Below are positions 1 through 8,400 of a stretch of 51,026 nucleotides of DNA, one piece after another (position 1 is the stretch's first letter; each line of letters starts with the position of its first letter). The notes beneath the pieces are model-generated. The model did not search any database. It saw nothing but the letters and a program-made list of their open reading frames with translations, and was not told where the DNA came from. The position numbers were made by a program, and so were the translations under genes. The DNA is from Acidobacteriota bacterium (lineage in GTDB: Bacteria; Acidobacteriota; UBA6911; JACQTF01): NCBI GenBank assembly GCA_016210925.1, contig JACQTF010000031.1, positions 1 through 51,026 of the forward strand, in the 5' to 3' direction.

Positions 1-61
1 ACTCCAAAAGAAAGGCCGCGCGCTTGGCGGCCTAATGCCTCGTCACTACGCTGCCCGCCCG

Positions 62-268
62 TCACAGCGTGTCAACAAGGCTACGAACGCCTCGCCCTCC
101 CCGGTTCAGTACGCCGGCGGAAATCATCGTCGTGCTCACATCCTTATGGCCCAGAAGCTCCTGCACAGTCCGGATGGCGTACAGGTCCTCGAACAGGTGC
201 GTGGCGAAGGAGCGGTGCAATGTATGGCAGCTCGCAGGCTTGGCGCCACTGACCGCCGACTCTGTCAT
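62..268 (-). pseudogene. C-terminal remnant of an integron-type tyrosine recombinase (IntI-like)
   Basis: [16 protein letters not shown]...[32 protein letters not shown] matches the IntI C-terminus. HTLRH has become HTLHR, the catalytic Tyr (TTMIY) is Ser, and the N-terminal part is missing. Confidence 0.85.
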
Positions 269-540
269 GCAGCAACTTCGACCGTCGCGTAGAAATCAAG
301 CTGACGCCTCGTTCTACGAGGCGTTACTGCTCGCTGCCGGGGCCGCGGTATGCGGAGACCATCTTCCCGTAGGCCTTGAAGGTGCAGAGCGATGGCTATC
401 TGGATGCGCCGAAGCGTCGCATCGATGGTCTACCCTGTCGCAACACAGCCAGGCAAGTCCGGAACCGACGCACCCCAGTCACTGTCCGGATCCTTGTTAA
501 TTCGCACCAGATATTGAACTTTTCTCGTAACTTTCGTCGC
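265..540 (-). pseudogene. hicB: HicB-family antitoxin with internal stop and lost start codon
   Basis: Manual translation (not in the ORF track): YLVRINKDPDSDWGASVPDLPGCVATG*TIDATLRRIQIAIALHLQGLREDGLRIPRP...VEVAA*. In-frame TAG at 430-432; GCG at 538-540 in the position of a probable GTG start. Confidence 0.85.
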
Positions 541-617
541 TTCAGCCCTGCTTGGCGCATTACGGATGCGAGTGTCCCCTTCGGCATCTCGTCACCCAGG
601 TTGCCACTCGCCAGTGA
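537..617 (-). pseudogene. hicA: C-terminal remnant of a HicA toxin
   Basis: ASGNLGDEMPKGTLASVMRQAGLK resembles the HicA C-terminus (PxGTLxSIxKQAGL) and lies directly upstream of hicB. The N-terminus is absent. Confidence 0.75.
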
Positions 618-659
618 CGGGGCGTTTCAGAGCTAATGTAACGGATTTGGGTACTTGAG

Positions 660-746
660 TCAAACCAGCCGCTGGGACTTGCCCAGGTGCCGGCGGACGT
701 AGTTGAGCATGCCCCCCACCTCCAGAACCTGTTGCAGAAACTCCGG
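660..746 (-). pseudogene. Possible C-terminal remnant of an isopropylmalate dehydratase/homoaconitase small subunit
   Basis: PEFLQQVLEVGGMLNYVRRHL resembles the terminal 'PxFxxxILxxGGLxxYV' helix of LeuD/HacB-type subunits. Confidence 0.45.
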
Positions 747-759
747 TGAGCTCGGGGGC

Positions 760-788
760 TTGACAGCTGCTCGGGGCTTTCTTACGAT
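760..788 (+). promoter_or_regulatory. Sigma-70 promoter, probably leaderless
   Basis: TTGACA(760-765)-N17-TACGAT(783-788); ATG at 796 lies 7 nt further on, with no SD. Confidence 0.7.
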
Positions 789-795
789 GGGAACG

Positions 796-1185
796 ATGAG
801 TACCGCGCAAAAGCGGCCCCGATGGTCCGCCGTTGCGGCCGTTGTGCTGGCGTGGGCCTTCCCGGGCTCCGGACACCTTTTCTTGAAGCGCTGGGGACGC
901 GCCTTGATCTTCTGCGCGTCGGTGGTGGCCCTCTTCGCCCTGGGATTGCAGATGCAGGGCGAATTGTTCTCCGCGAATCGCGCTGATTTTTTCACGCTGC
1001 TGAAATTTGTCGCCGACGTCAGCGTGGGACTTCCCTATTTCGTGGCCCGGCAGGCAGGCTTCGGCGAGGGAAATATCCGGTCCATGACCTACGAGTACGG
1101 CAATACCTTCCTCTACGTCGCCGGCCTGCTCAACCTGCTCATCATCCTGGACGCGTACGATATTGCCGCAGGGAAGAAGGCATAA
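796..1185 (+). CDS. Conserved membrane protein (DUF6677-like)
   Basis: LAWAFPGSGHLFL and YEYGNTFLYVAGLLNLLIILDAYDIA motifs, hydrophobic segments; start chosen from the promoter position. Confidence 0.75.
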   Translation: MSTAQKRPRWSAVAAVVLAWAFPGSGHLFLKRWGRALIFCASVVALFALGLQMQGELFSANRADFFTLLKFVADVSVGLPYFVARQAGFGEGNIRSMTYEYGNTFLYVAGLLNLLIILDAYDIAAGKKA

Positions 1186-1190
1186 TGAAT

Positions 1191-1252
1191 CCCGTTCCTC
1201 GGTTTGCAACTGAAATGAAAATATCCCGAGATCAAGCAAACCGAGGAACGGG
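1191..1252. mobile_element. 62-bp MITE-like IS scar
   Basis: Perfect 17-bp TIR CCCGTTCCTCGGTTTGC (1191-1207 / 1236-1252) flanked by the direct repeat ATGAAT (1185-1190, 1253-1258). Confidence 0.8.
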
Positions 1253-1423
1253 ATGAATCACATCAGCGCGCTGGTGGTCTTTTCCATTGCCGTCGCCGCC
1301 GTCTTCGCGTGCATCGCGAAAGAGACACCCCGGGAGCAGCTTCGGTATTTTCTCTTCCTCCTGGGTGCGCTTGTGGTCTCCTCGCTGGTGGCAGCCTGGA
1401 TCATGTATCCATTTCCTTTTTGA
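1253..1423 (+). CDS. Small 56-aa two-helix membrane protein (absent from the ORF track)
   Basis: MNHISALVVFSIAVAAVFACIAKETPREQLRYFLFLLGALVVSSLVAAWIMYPFPF*; in operon orientation with GAGGA upstream. Confidence 0.8.
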   Translation: MNHISALVVFSIAVAAVFACIAKETPREQLRYFLFLLGALVVSSLVAAWIMYPFPF

Positions 1424-1520
1424 CCTCAATTCGCCCCTGATGTAACGTAGACTTCGTGCCACGGAACCGCGCCCACGGTGTGCTTCACTTCATCGCGAGA
1501 CGTCACGGACGGACCGAGGT

Positions 1521-1907
1521 TTGAGCGCCCTCCTCGCCTGGCTCTGGTACTGGTTTCCCCCTTTGGTTTACATGGCCTTGATTTTCTACCTGTCATCCCT
1601 GTCGGAACCTCCCGTCCCGGGCAAGATTCCCGACTGGGTCCTGCATGCCGCAGAGTACGCGATGCTGGGGGCGCTGGCCTTTCGCGCTATGAACCGCGGC
1701 TTCCTGAATCGATCCAGCATCGCTGTCTCGCTCCTGGCCCTCATCTGGTCTGCCGGGTACGGAGTTACCGATGAAATTCATCAGCTTTACGTGCCCGAGA
1801 GGGAATTTTCCTGGCAGGATCTGGCCGTGGACTTTGCCGGATCTCTCCTTGCAGTGGCTCTCTTGCATTATGTAACATCTTGGAAAAGCGAAAGAAATCC
1901 ACCATGA
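1521..1907 (+). CDS. VanZ family membrane protein
   Basis: IFYLSS, DWVLHAAEYAML and DEIHQLYVPEREFSWQDLAVD motifs. Confidence 0.9.
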   Translation: MSALLAWLWYWFPPLVYMALIFYLSSLSEPPVPGKIPDWVLHAAEYAMLGALAFRAMNRGFLNRSSIAVSLLALIWSAGYGVTDEIHQLYVPEREFSWQDLAVDFAGSLLAVALLHYVTSWKSERNPP

Positions 1908-1998
1908 CCCCGCACCTACCCACGCTATGTAGACGGCAAGCCAACAAAGACTTAGGTACGGGATCAGCACCAGTCATCGGAAGGAGGTAGGTGCGGGG
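1908..1998. mobile_element. 91-bp MITE-like IS scar
   Basis: Perfect 13-bp TIR CCCCGCACCTACC (1908-1920 / 1986-1998) flanked by TGA (1905-1907, 1999-2001). Confidence 0.75.
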
Positions 1999-3059
1999 TG
2001 AAGCGCATCGCCATCATTCCAGGGGACGGAATCGGCATCGATGTGACTCGGGAGGCGGTGAAGGTCCTCCGGACCGTGGGGGAGATCCTGGGCCGGCCCT
2101 TTGAGCTGTTGGAGTTCGACTACGGGGCGGACAAATACTTGCGGGAGGGCATCACCCTCCCGGCGGGTGCCCTGGACGCGTTTCGCAACGAGTTTGACGC
2201 CATCTTCCTTGGCGCCCTGGGCGACCCCCGGGTGCCGGACATGAAGCATGCCTCGGACATCCTGTTCGGGCTCCGTTTCGGCCTGGACCTGTATGTGAAC
2301 CACCGCCCCGTCAAGCTCCTGGATGCCGCCCTGACGCCCCTCAAGGACCGCACCGAAGCCGATGTGAACTTTGTGATTTTTCGGGAGAACACCGAGGGTC
2401 TCTACTCGGGCGTGGGGGGCTTCTTCAAGAAGGACAGCCCCGATGAGGTGGCTACCCAGTTGGATATCAACACCCGCAAGGGGGTCGAACGGATCATCGA
2501 GTACGCGTTCCAGTACGCCGCTGGCCACGGATTGACCCGGGTCACCATGAGCGACAAGAGCAATGCCCTGCGGTACGGGCACGATCTGTGGCAGAGGGTC
2601 TTTCAAGTGGTACGGGCCCGCTATCCCCAGATCGAGGCAAACCACTGGTACATCGATGCCCTCACCATGCAGATGGTGAAGAACCCGGGACAATTTCAGG
2701 TGATCGTGACGTGCAACATGTTCGGCGACATCATCACGGACCTGGGAGCCCAGCTTCAGGGGGGCATGGGTATGGCCGCTTCGGGAAATATCCATCCTCA
2801 GGGGACCTCGATGTTTGAACCCGTCCACGGTTCAGCGCCCAAATATGCAGGCAAGAACGTGGCGAATCCCTTGGGAGCCATCCTGGCCGTCCAGATGATG
2901 CTGGAGCACCTGGGCCTGGCCGAGCCTGCCCGTTGGGTGGAAGAGGCCGTGGTGCAGGCCATCCGTCAAAAGAAGACGACAAGGGATGTCGGGGGCACCC
3001 TGGGGACCCGCCAGGTGGGGGATGCGGTCTGCGAGCTGATCTACTCGGTCGCCTCCTGA
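1998..3059 (+). CDS. leuB: 3-isopropylmalate dehydrogenase (isocitrate/isopropylmalate/tartrate dehydrogenase family)
   Basis: IPGDGIG, FRENTEGLY, NMFGDIITDLGA and FEPVHGSAP motifs; AAGGAGG SD. Confidence 0.85.
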   Translation: MKRIAIIPGDGIGIDVTREAVKVLRTVGEILGRPFELLEFDYGADKYLREGITLPAGALDAFRNEFDAIFLGALGDPRVPDMKHASDILFGLRFGLDLYVNHRPVKLLDAALTPLKDRTEADVNFVIFRENTEGLYSGVGGFFKKDSPDEVATQLDINTRKGVERIIEYAFQYAAGHGLTRVTMSDKSNALRYGHDLWQRVFQVVRARYPQIEANHWYIDALTMQMVKNPGQFQVIVTCNMFGDIITDLGAQLQGGMGMAASGNIHPQGTSMFEPVHGSAPKYAGKNVANPLGAILAVQMMLEHLGLAEPARWVEEAVVQAIRQKKTTRDVGGTLGTRQVGDAVCELIYSVAS

Positions 3060-3065
3060 CACTCC

Positions 3066-3155
3066 GTCATTGGTCAATCGGTCAATCGTCAAAGTGGTCA
3101 AACGTCAACGGGGTTTTCCGATTGACGAATGACGATTGACCGTTGACGATTGACT
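3066..3155. repeat. Palindromic tandem heptamer repeat (GTCAATC arm / GATTGAC arm)
   Basis: About six GTCAAYN-like units followed by about five inverted ATTGACG-like units between leuB and pfkB. Confidence 0.85.
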
Positions 3156-3162
3156 CATTCCA

Positions 3163-4128
3163 ATGCTGAATGCCGCTGGATTCTTCCATACAAGGTTCCC
3201 CGATCATAAGCCCTTTGACGTGGTGGGAATGGGTCTGAACGCAGTGGATCACCTCTGCGTCGTTCCTCGCTACCCGGAGTTCAACACCAAGACCAAGATC
3301 CTGGAATACCAACGTCTGCCGGGAGGCCAGGTGGCCACCGCCCTGGTGACTTGCGCGCGCATGGGGTTGAAGGCCAAATACCTGGGAAAAGTGGGGTCCG
3401 ACGAGCTGGGACGCGTCAGCCTGGAGAGCATCGCGCGGGAGGGGATCGACGTATCCGCCGTGATCCAGGAGCCCGATTCGCTGAACCAGTTTGCGTTCAT
3501 CATCATTGACCGGGAAAGCGGCGAGCGGACCATTCTGTGGGACCGGGACTCGAAGCTTATGTACCGGCCCGGGGAATTGAACAAGGAGGAGGTGTGCGCC
3601 GGCAGAATTCTCCACCTGGATGGCCACGATCTCCCCGCCAGCATCCAGGCGGCCCGCTGGGCGCGGGAAGCGGGAATCCCGACCGTCGCTGACCTGGACC
3701 GGGTCCAGGAGGGGATGGAGGAGCTGTTGGGACTGGTGGACTTCCTGATCTCTTCCGCAAACTTTCCACCCCAATTGACCGGCGAGAAGCGCCTGGAGAA
3801 GGCGTTGCGGGCGGAACGCCAGTTCTGCCCTGGATTTATCGCCGCGACGATGGGCGAAGAAGGCGCCATGGCCCTCGTGGGAGATGATATAATTTATTTT
3901 CCGGCTTTCCGGGTCCGGACCGTGGATACCACGGGAGCCGGCGATGCCTTTCATGGCGCTTTTATTTATGGGCTGCTTCGGGGATGGCCCCTAAAGCGCA
4001 CCATGGTTTTCTCCCATGCCACGGCGGCCCTCAAGTGCATGAAGGTGGGAGCCCGGACCGGGATTCCGGGCCTCCCGCAAGTGGAGCTCTTTCTGAGGGA
4101 GCAAGGGGACACCTGGAAGGAGCCATAG
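3163..4128 (+). CDS. PfkB family carbohydrate kinase
   Basis: GGQVATAL and DTTGAGDAFHG signatures. Confidence 0.92.
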   Translation: MLNAAGFFHTRFPDHKPFDVVGMGLNAVDHLCVVPRYPEFNTKTKILEYQRLPGGQVATALVTCARMGLKAKYLGKVGSDELGRVSLESIAREGIDVSAVIQEPDSLNQFAFIIIDRESGERTILWDRDSKLMYRPGELNKEEVCAGRILHLDGHDLPASIQAARWAREAGIPTVADLDRVQEGMEELLGLVDFLISSANFPPQLTGEKRLEKALRAERQFCPGFIAATMGEEGAMALVGDDIIYFPAFRVRTVDTTGAGDAFHGAFIYGLLRGWPLKRTMVFSHATAALKCMKVGARTGIPGLPQVELFLREQGDTWKEP

Positions 4129-4157
4129 GCGGTCCAGCCACCCATCCTCAAGACAAG

Positions 4158-5543
4158 ATGACCGATACCCCGCGGAGCCTGTTCATCGACGAAGAAAATA
4201 TGGCGCTGGCCACAGACCTCTACCAGCTCACCATGGCCGCCGCCTATTTTCAGAACAGCTGCACCCAGCGGGCTACCTTTGAGATGTTCGTGCGCAAGCT
4301 GCCGGAGCATCGTTCGTTCCTGGTGTCTGCGGGTCAAGAGCAGGTGCTTCACCACCTGCAGCATCTCCGGTTCAGCGGCCCGGTGGTGGATTTTCTGCGC
4401 CGCCATCCCGTGTTCAAGTCGGTTTCACCCGAGTTCTTCGATTTTCTTCTGGAATTTCGTTTTCAGGGCGACGTCTGGGCCATGCCCGAGGGGACCCTGG
4501 TCTTCCCCACGGAACCCATCCTTCGGGTTACAGCTCCCATCATCCAGTCGCAGATCATTGAGACTTACCTCCTGAGCCACATGAATTTCCAGACGAGCAT
4601 CGCCTCCAAGGCGGCCCGGCTATGCCTGGCCGCCGAGGGCAGGGCGGTGGTCGAGTTCGGCTCCCGGAGGGCCCACGGGCCCCAGGCGGCGCTCTTAGCA
4701 GCCCGGGCGGCCTACGTCGGCGGTTGCGCGGGCACCTCCAACGTGCTGGCTGGATACCTGCTGGGGATCCCCATCTACGGCACCATTGCCCATTCGTACG
4801 TCATGTCCTTCGACAGCGAGACGGAGGCCTTTCGCCGTTACTTCAACGTGTTTCCGGAAAACTCGATTTTGCTCGTGGACACGTACGACACCCTGGAAGG
4901 GGTGCAGAAGGCCCTGGACATGAAGGTCAATTTCCGCGGCGTTCGGCTCGACAGTGGCGATCTCCTGGGCTTGAGCCGGAGGAGCCGCCAGTTGCTGGAC
5001 CGGGCCGGCCTGAGAGACGCACTCATCGTAGGCAGCGGCGACCTGAATGAGGAGATCATCTTTGAGTTGACCTCGCACGGAGCGCCCATCGACGTGTTTG
5101 GCGTGGGAACGGAACTGGCCACCTCCAAGGATGCTCCCGCCCTGGGCGGGATCTACAAGCTCGTGGAGGAGCAGAAGGACAGCCAGGCAGTCCCGAAGGC
5201 CAAGTTCAGCAGCGACAAGGCCACGTACGGGGGTGCCAAGCAGGCCTTCCGGGTCAGCGATGAGAGAGGGAAGTTTGTTCGAGATATCTTGGCCCTGGCC
5301 GACGAACAGGCCCCGCGGGGAGGGCAACCCCTCCTGGAGCAGTGCATGGAGGGGGGCGTCCCGGTGGGGAATCGGGGGGACGTCCATGCCACGCGCCGGT
5401 ACGTGGCCGATCAGCTCGGGCGCCTGCCCGGGGCGTACCAGCGCCTCTACAACGCCGAGACCTATCCGGTTCAGAAGAGCCCAAAGCTGGAAGAGGTGAG
5501 GCGGGAGCTGGAAGAGCAATACAGAGGTCAGCCGCGGTCATGA
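4158..5543 (+). CDS. pncB: Nicotinate phosphoribosyltransferase
   Basis: ALATDLYQLTM, EFGSRRAHG, GTIAHSY, LVDTYDT and VRLDSGD motifs. Confidence 0.95.
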   Translation: MTDTPRSLFIDEENMALATDLYQLTMAAAYFQNSCTQRATFEMFVRKLPEHRSFLVSAGQEQVLHHLQHLRFSGPVVDFLRRHPVFKSVSPEFFDFLLEFRFQGDVWAMPEGTLVFPTEPILRVTAPIIQSQIIETYLLSHMNFQTSIASKAARLCLAAEGRAVVEFGSRRAHGPQAALLAARAAYVGGCAGTSNVLAGYLLGIPIYGTIAHSYVMSFDSETEAFRRYFNVFPENSILLVDTYDTLEGVQKALDMKVNFRGVRLDSGDLLGLSRRSRQLLDRAGLRDALIVGSGDLNEEIIFELTSHGAPIDVFGVGTELATSKDAPALGGIYKLVEEQKDSQAVPKAKFSSDKATYGGAKQAFRVSDERGKFVRDILALADEQAPRGGQPLLEQCMEGGVPVGNRGDVHATRRYVADQLGRLPGAYQRLYNAETYPVQKSPKLEEVRRELEEQYRGQPRS

Positions 5544-6139
5544 CACACGGTATGATTTTCTGGGACGTGGATACCCAGTTCGATTTCATGGAACCCGCTG
5601 GCTCCCTCTTCGTAAAGGGAGCACCCGCCATCGTGGAGAACCTGCGGGCGCTCTTTCGGTACGCTCGCGACCACCGGATTCCCATCATTTCCTCCGCCGA
5701 TACCCACGTGGAGGATGATCCGGAGTTTCGAGCATTTCCCCGTCATTGCGTCAAGGGCTCCCCGGGGCAGCAGCGGTTGCCGGTGACCCTGGCGGAAGAC
5801 CACGTGGTGGTGGAGAACAAAAAAGAGGGGCCGGAACTGGAGAAAAAGATCCAGGGCCGCCCCCAGGTGATTGTGGAGAAGCAAGCCATTGATGTGTTCA
5901 CCAACCCGAACATAGATGAAGTGCTGAAGCACTATCCCAAGGACGTGGCCCTGTTCGGTGTGGCGACCGAGCATTGTGTTCGCGCCACCGCTTTGGGCCT
6001 GCGGCGCCGTGGATTTCGGGTCCGGCTGGTGACCGATGCCATTGCAGCCGTGGATGAGCAGCAGGGAAGGAACAGCATCCGAGAGATGGAAGAAGCGGGC
6101 TGCGAGCTGGTCACCACCCGCGAGGTCACGTCGCGGTAA
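5540..6139 (+). CDS. pncA: Nicotinamidase / isochorismatase-family cysteine hydrolase
   Basis: DVDTQFDF, FPRHCV and GVATEHCV motifs; ATGA overlap with pncB. Confidence 0.85.
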   Translation: MTHGMIFWDVDTQFDFMEPAGSLFVKGAPAIVENLRALFRYARDHRIPIISSADTHVEDDPEFRAFPRHCVKGSPGQQRLPVTLAEDHVVVENKKEGPELEKKIQGRPQVIVEKQAIDVFTNPNIDEVLKHYPKDVALFGVATEHCVRATALGLRRRGFRVRLVTDAIAAVDEQQGRNSIREMEEAGCELVTTREVTSR

Positions 6140-6150
6140 TCAGGAGCATC

Positions 6151-7332
6151 GTGCTGGTGCCGTTCCAACCTTTTTCTGCCACGGGTGCGCCACATGACCC
6201 CTGGAAGGGAGACATGACAGGGACGCAGGTGACTTGGGACAAAGTGGTTGGAACGGCACTGGGTCTGTACATCCATATCCCGTTCTGCGAGAAGAAGTGC
6301 TCCTATTGCGACTTTCGCACGGGCAGTTATGAACCGGCCGTGGCGGGCCGTTACGCCCGCGCCCTCGTCCGGGAAGTGGAGACGTTTCGCGCGCGGGGCC
6401 GGCACTCCGCTGACACCGTTTTCTTCGGCGGCGGTACGCCCAGCCTCCTGATCCCTGCCCAACTGGAATCCATCCTCGCGGCTCTCCATGAGGCTTTTGA
6501 AATCTCTGCCGACGTCGAGATCACCCTGGAGGCGAACCCGGGGACCCTGGAGCCGGAAAAGGCACGAGCGTTTCGCTCGCTGGGCGTCAACCGAATCAGC
6601 CTGGGGGTCCAGTCTTTCGACGACGCCGAGCTTCGGCGTTTGCGCCGGACCCACGACTCCGGCGCTGCCCGGCGGGCGGTCTCTTCTCTGCGGCGCGTTG
6701 GCTTCCAGAATTTCAACCTGGACCTCATCCTGGGAGTCCCTGGGCAGACGGACCAGAGCTGGCGCAACAACTTAAAGCAGGTCGCTGAACTGGCGGCCCC
6801 CCATCTCTCCGTGTACATGTTGGAGCTGCATGAGGGCACCCACCTCTTCTCGGATTACCTCCGGGGCACGGCGAATCTGCCCGCGGAAGACCAGGTGGCC
6901 GACTGGTATCTTGAGACGGTGGATTTCCTGACCGGCCTGGGCTACAACCATTATGAGATCTCCAACTTCGCCCTGCCGGGACGGGAGTGCCGTCACAACC
7001 TGAAGTACTGGAATAACGAGGAATACATCGGCTTCGGTCTCAGCAGCCATTCCCACTGGCGCGGTCTTCGCTTTTGGAATGAGCCTGCCCTGTTGCGCTA
7101 CCTGGAAAGGGTGAAAGCAACGGGCGAGGCCGTGGCGGGCAGCGAAGTCGCCCAGCCTTCCGAGCGCATCTTCCTGGGCCTCCGCAAGACAGAGGGCGTC
7201 CCCCTCCGGGAGGTCGAGGGCAGAGTGGAGCGCTTTTTCGAAGCAGGATTGTTGGAGCGCGTTGGAGACCGCGTCCGGCTGACCCGGCGCGGAATCCTGG
7301 TTTCGAACGAAATCTTCGCCCAGCTGGTTTAG
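6151..7332 (+). CDS. hemW: Radical SAM heme chaperone HemW, carrying a 35-codon in-frame insertion at its N-terminus (alternative start ATG 6214)
   Basis: [29 protein letters not shown] and HNLKYW motifs. Confidence 0.92.
   Translation: MLVPFQPFSATGAPHDPWKGDMTGTQVTWDKVVGTALGLYIHIPFCEKKCSYCDFRTGSYEPAVAGRYARALVREVETFRARGRHSADTVFFGGGTPSLLIPAQLESILAALHEAFEISADVEITLEANPGTLEPEKARAFRSLGVNRISLGVQSFDDAELRRLRRTHDSGAARRAVSSLRRVGFQNFNLDLILGVPGQTDQSWRNNLKQVAELAAPHLSVYMLELHEGTHLFSDYLRGTANLPAEDQVADWYLETVDFLTGLGYNHYEISNFALPGRECRHNLKYWNNEEYIGFGLSSHSHWRGLRFWNEPALLRYLERVKATGEAVAGSEVAQPSERIFLGLRKTEGVPLREVEGRVERFFEAGLLERVGDRVRLTRRGILVSNEIFAQLV
6158..6258. mobile_element. 101-bp MITE-like IS scar inside the 5' end of hemW
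   Basis: Perfect 13-bp TIR TGCCGTTCCAACC (6158-6170 / 6246-6258) flanked by CTGG (6154-6157, 6259-6262). Confidence 0.8.
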
Positions 7333-7352
7333 TTTTCTCCTCGATCACAACG

Positions 7353-8378
7353 ATGATTGACCTGCGTAGCGACACCGTCACCAAGCCCACTGCCGAAATG
7401 CGCAAGGCCATGGCCGAGGCCGAGGTGGGCGATGACGTGTACCTGGAGGATCCGACGGTCAACCGGTTGCAGGACCGGGTGGCGGAGATGTTCGGCCGGG
7501 AGGCGGCCCTGTTCGTTCCCTCGGGCACCATGGGGAATCAGATCGCTGTCAAGATCCACACGGAGCCTGGCCAGGAAGTCATCACCGAGGAGCGCGGACA
7601 CATTTACAACTACGAAATGGCAGCCATGGCTGCCATTTCAGGGGTCCTGGCCCGGCCGGTGCCGGGCGAGGACGGGATTCTGCGGTGGGAGCAGATCGAG
7701 GCCGCCATCCGCCCTAAGGTTTACTACCGGGCCCAGACCGGATTGATCAGCCTGGAGAACACCCACAATATGGCCGGCGGGTCCGTGTACACCAAGGAGC
7801 AGATGGATGACATCTGCGAGCGGGCCCATGGGCTGGGAATTCCCGTCCACCTGGATGGCGCGCGCATTTTCAACGCCGTCACCGTCCTGGACATTCCGGT
7901 CTCCAGGCTCACGGAGCGTTGCGACTCCATCATGTTTTGCCTGTCGAAAGGCCTGTGCGCGCCGGTGGGCTCTCTCTTGGTGGGAAGCCGGGGCTTTATC
8001 GAGAAGGCCCGCGCAGTTCGGAAGCTGCTGGGAGGCGGGATGCGCCAGGCAGGAGTCCTGGCTGCGGCCGGCCTGGTGGCGCTGGAGAAGATGACGGCCC
8101 GGTTGCGGGAAGACCACGAGAATGCTCGTCTGCTGGCGGAGAAACTGTCGGAGCTGCCGGGCCTGGTGGTGGATCCCAAAAAGGTCCGGACCAACATCCT
8201 CATCGTGGATCTGGCCGAGGGCTGGGACGCGCCCACGCTGGCGGCCCGCCTGAAAGAGCGGGACGTGCTCATCGGGTGGGTCCATCCCCGGCAGGTTCGC
8301 CTGGTGACCCATCACGACGTCAGCCGCAACGATTGTCTCCGCGCCATCGAAATCTTCCGGTCTGTCATGTATCAGTGA
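7353..8378 (+). CDS. ltaE: Low-specificity L-threonine aldolase
   Basis: [30 protein letters not shown] and CLSKGL (PLP lysine) motifs. Confidence 0.95.
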   Translation: MIDLRSDTVTKPTAEMRKAMAEAEVGDDVYLEDPTVNRLQDRVAEMFGREAALFVPSGTMGNQIAVKIHTEPGQEVITEERGHIYNYEMAAMAAISGVLARPVPGEDGILRWEQIEAAIRPKVYYRAQTGLISLENTHNMAGGSVYTKEQMDDICERAHGLGIPVHLDGARIFNAVTVLDIPVSRLTERCDSIMFCLSKGLCAPVGSLLVGSRGFIEKARAVRKLLGGGMRQAGVLAAAGLVALEKMTARLREDHENARLLAEKLSELPGLVVDPKKVRTNILIVDLAEGWDAPTLAARLKERDVLIGWVHPRQVRLVTHHDVSRNDCLRAIEIFRSVMYQ

Positions 8379-8400
8379 AATCAAGGAAATTGATCGCACC

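Noticed and set aside
1-268. Active integron with attI and a cassette array
   Set aside because: The integrase is a short fragment without its catalytic Tyr, and no complete attC could be identified by eye.
430-432. Amber readthrough or recoding in hicB
   Set aside because: The neighbouring hicA and integrase are also decayed, and TAG serves as a normal stop for other genes in the window.
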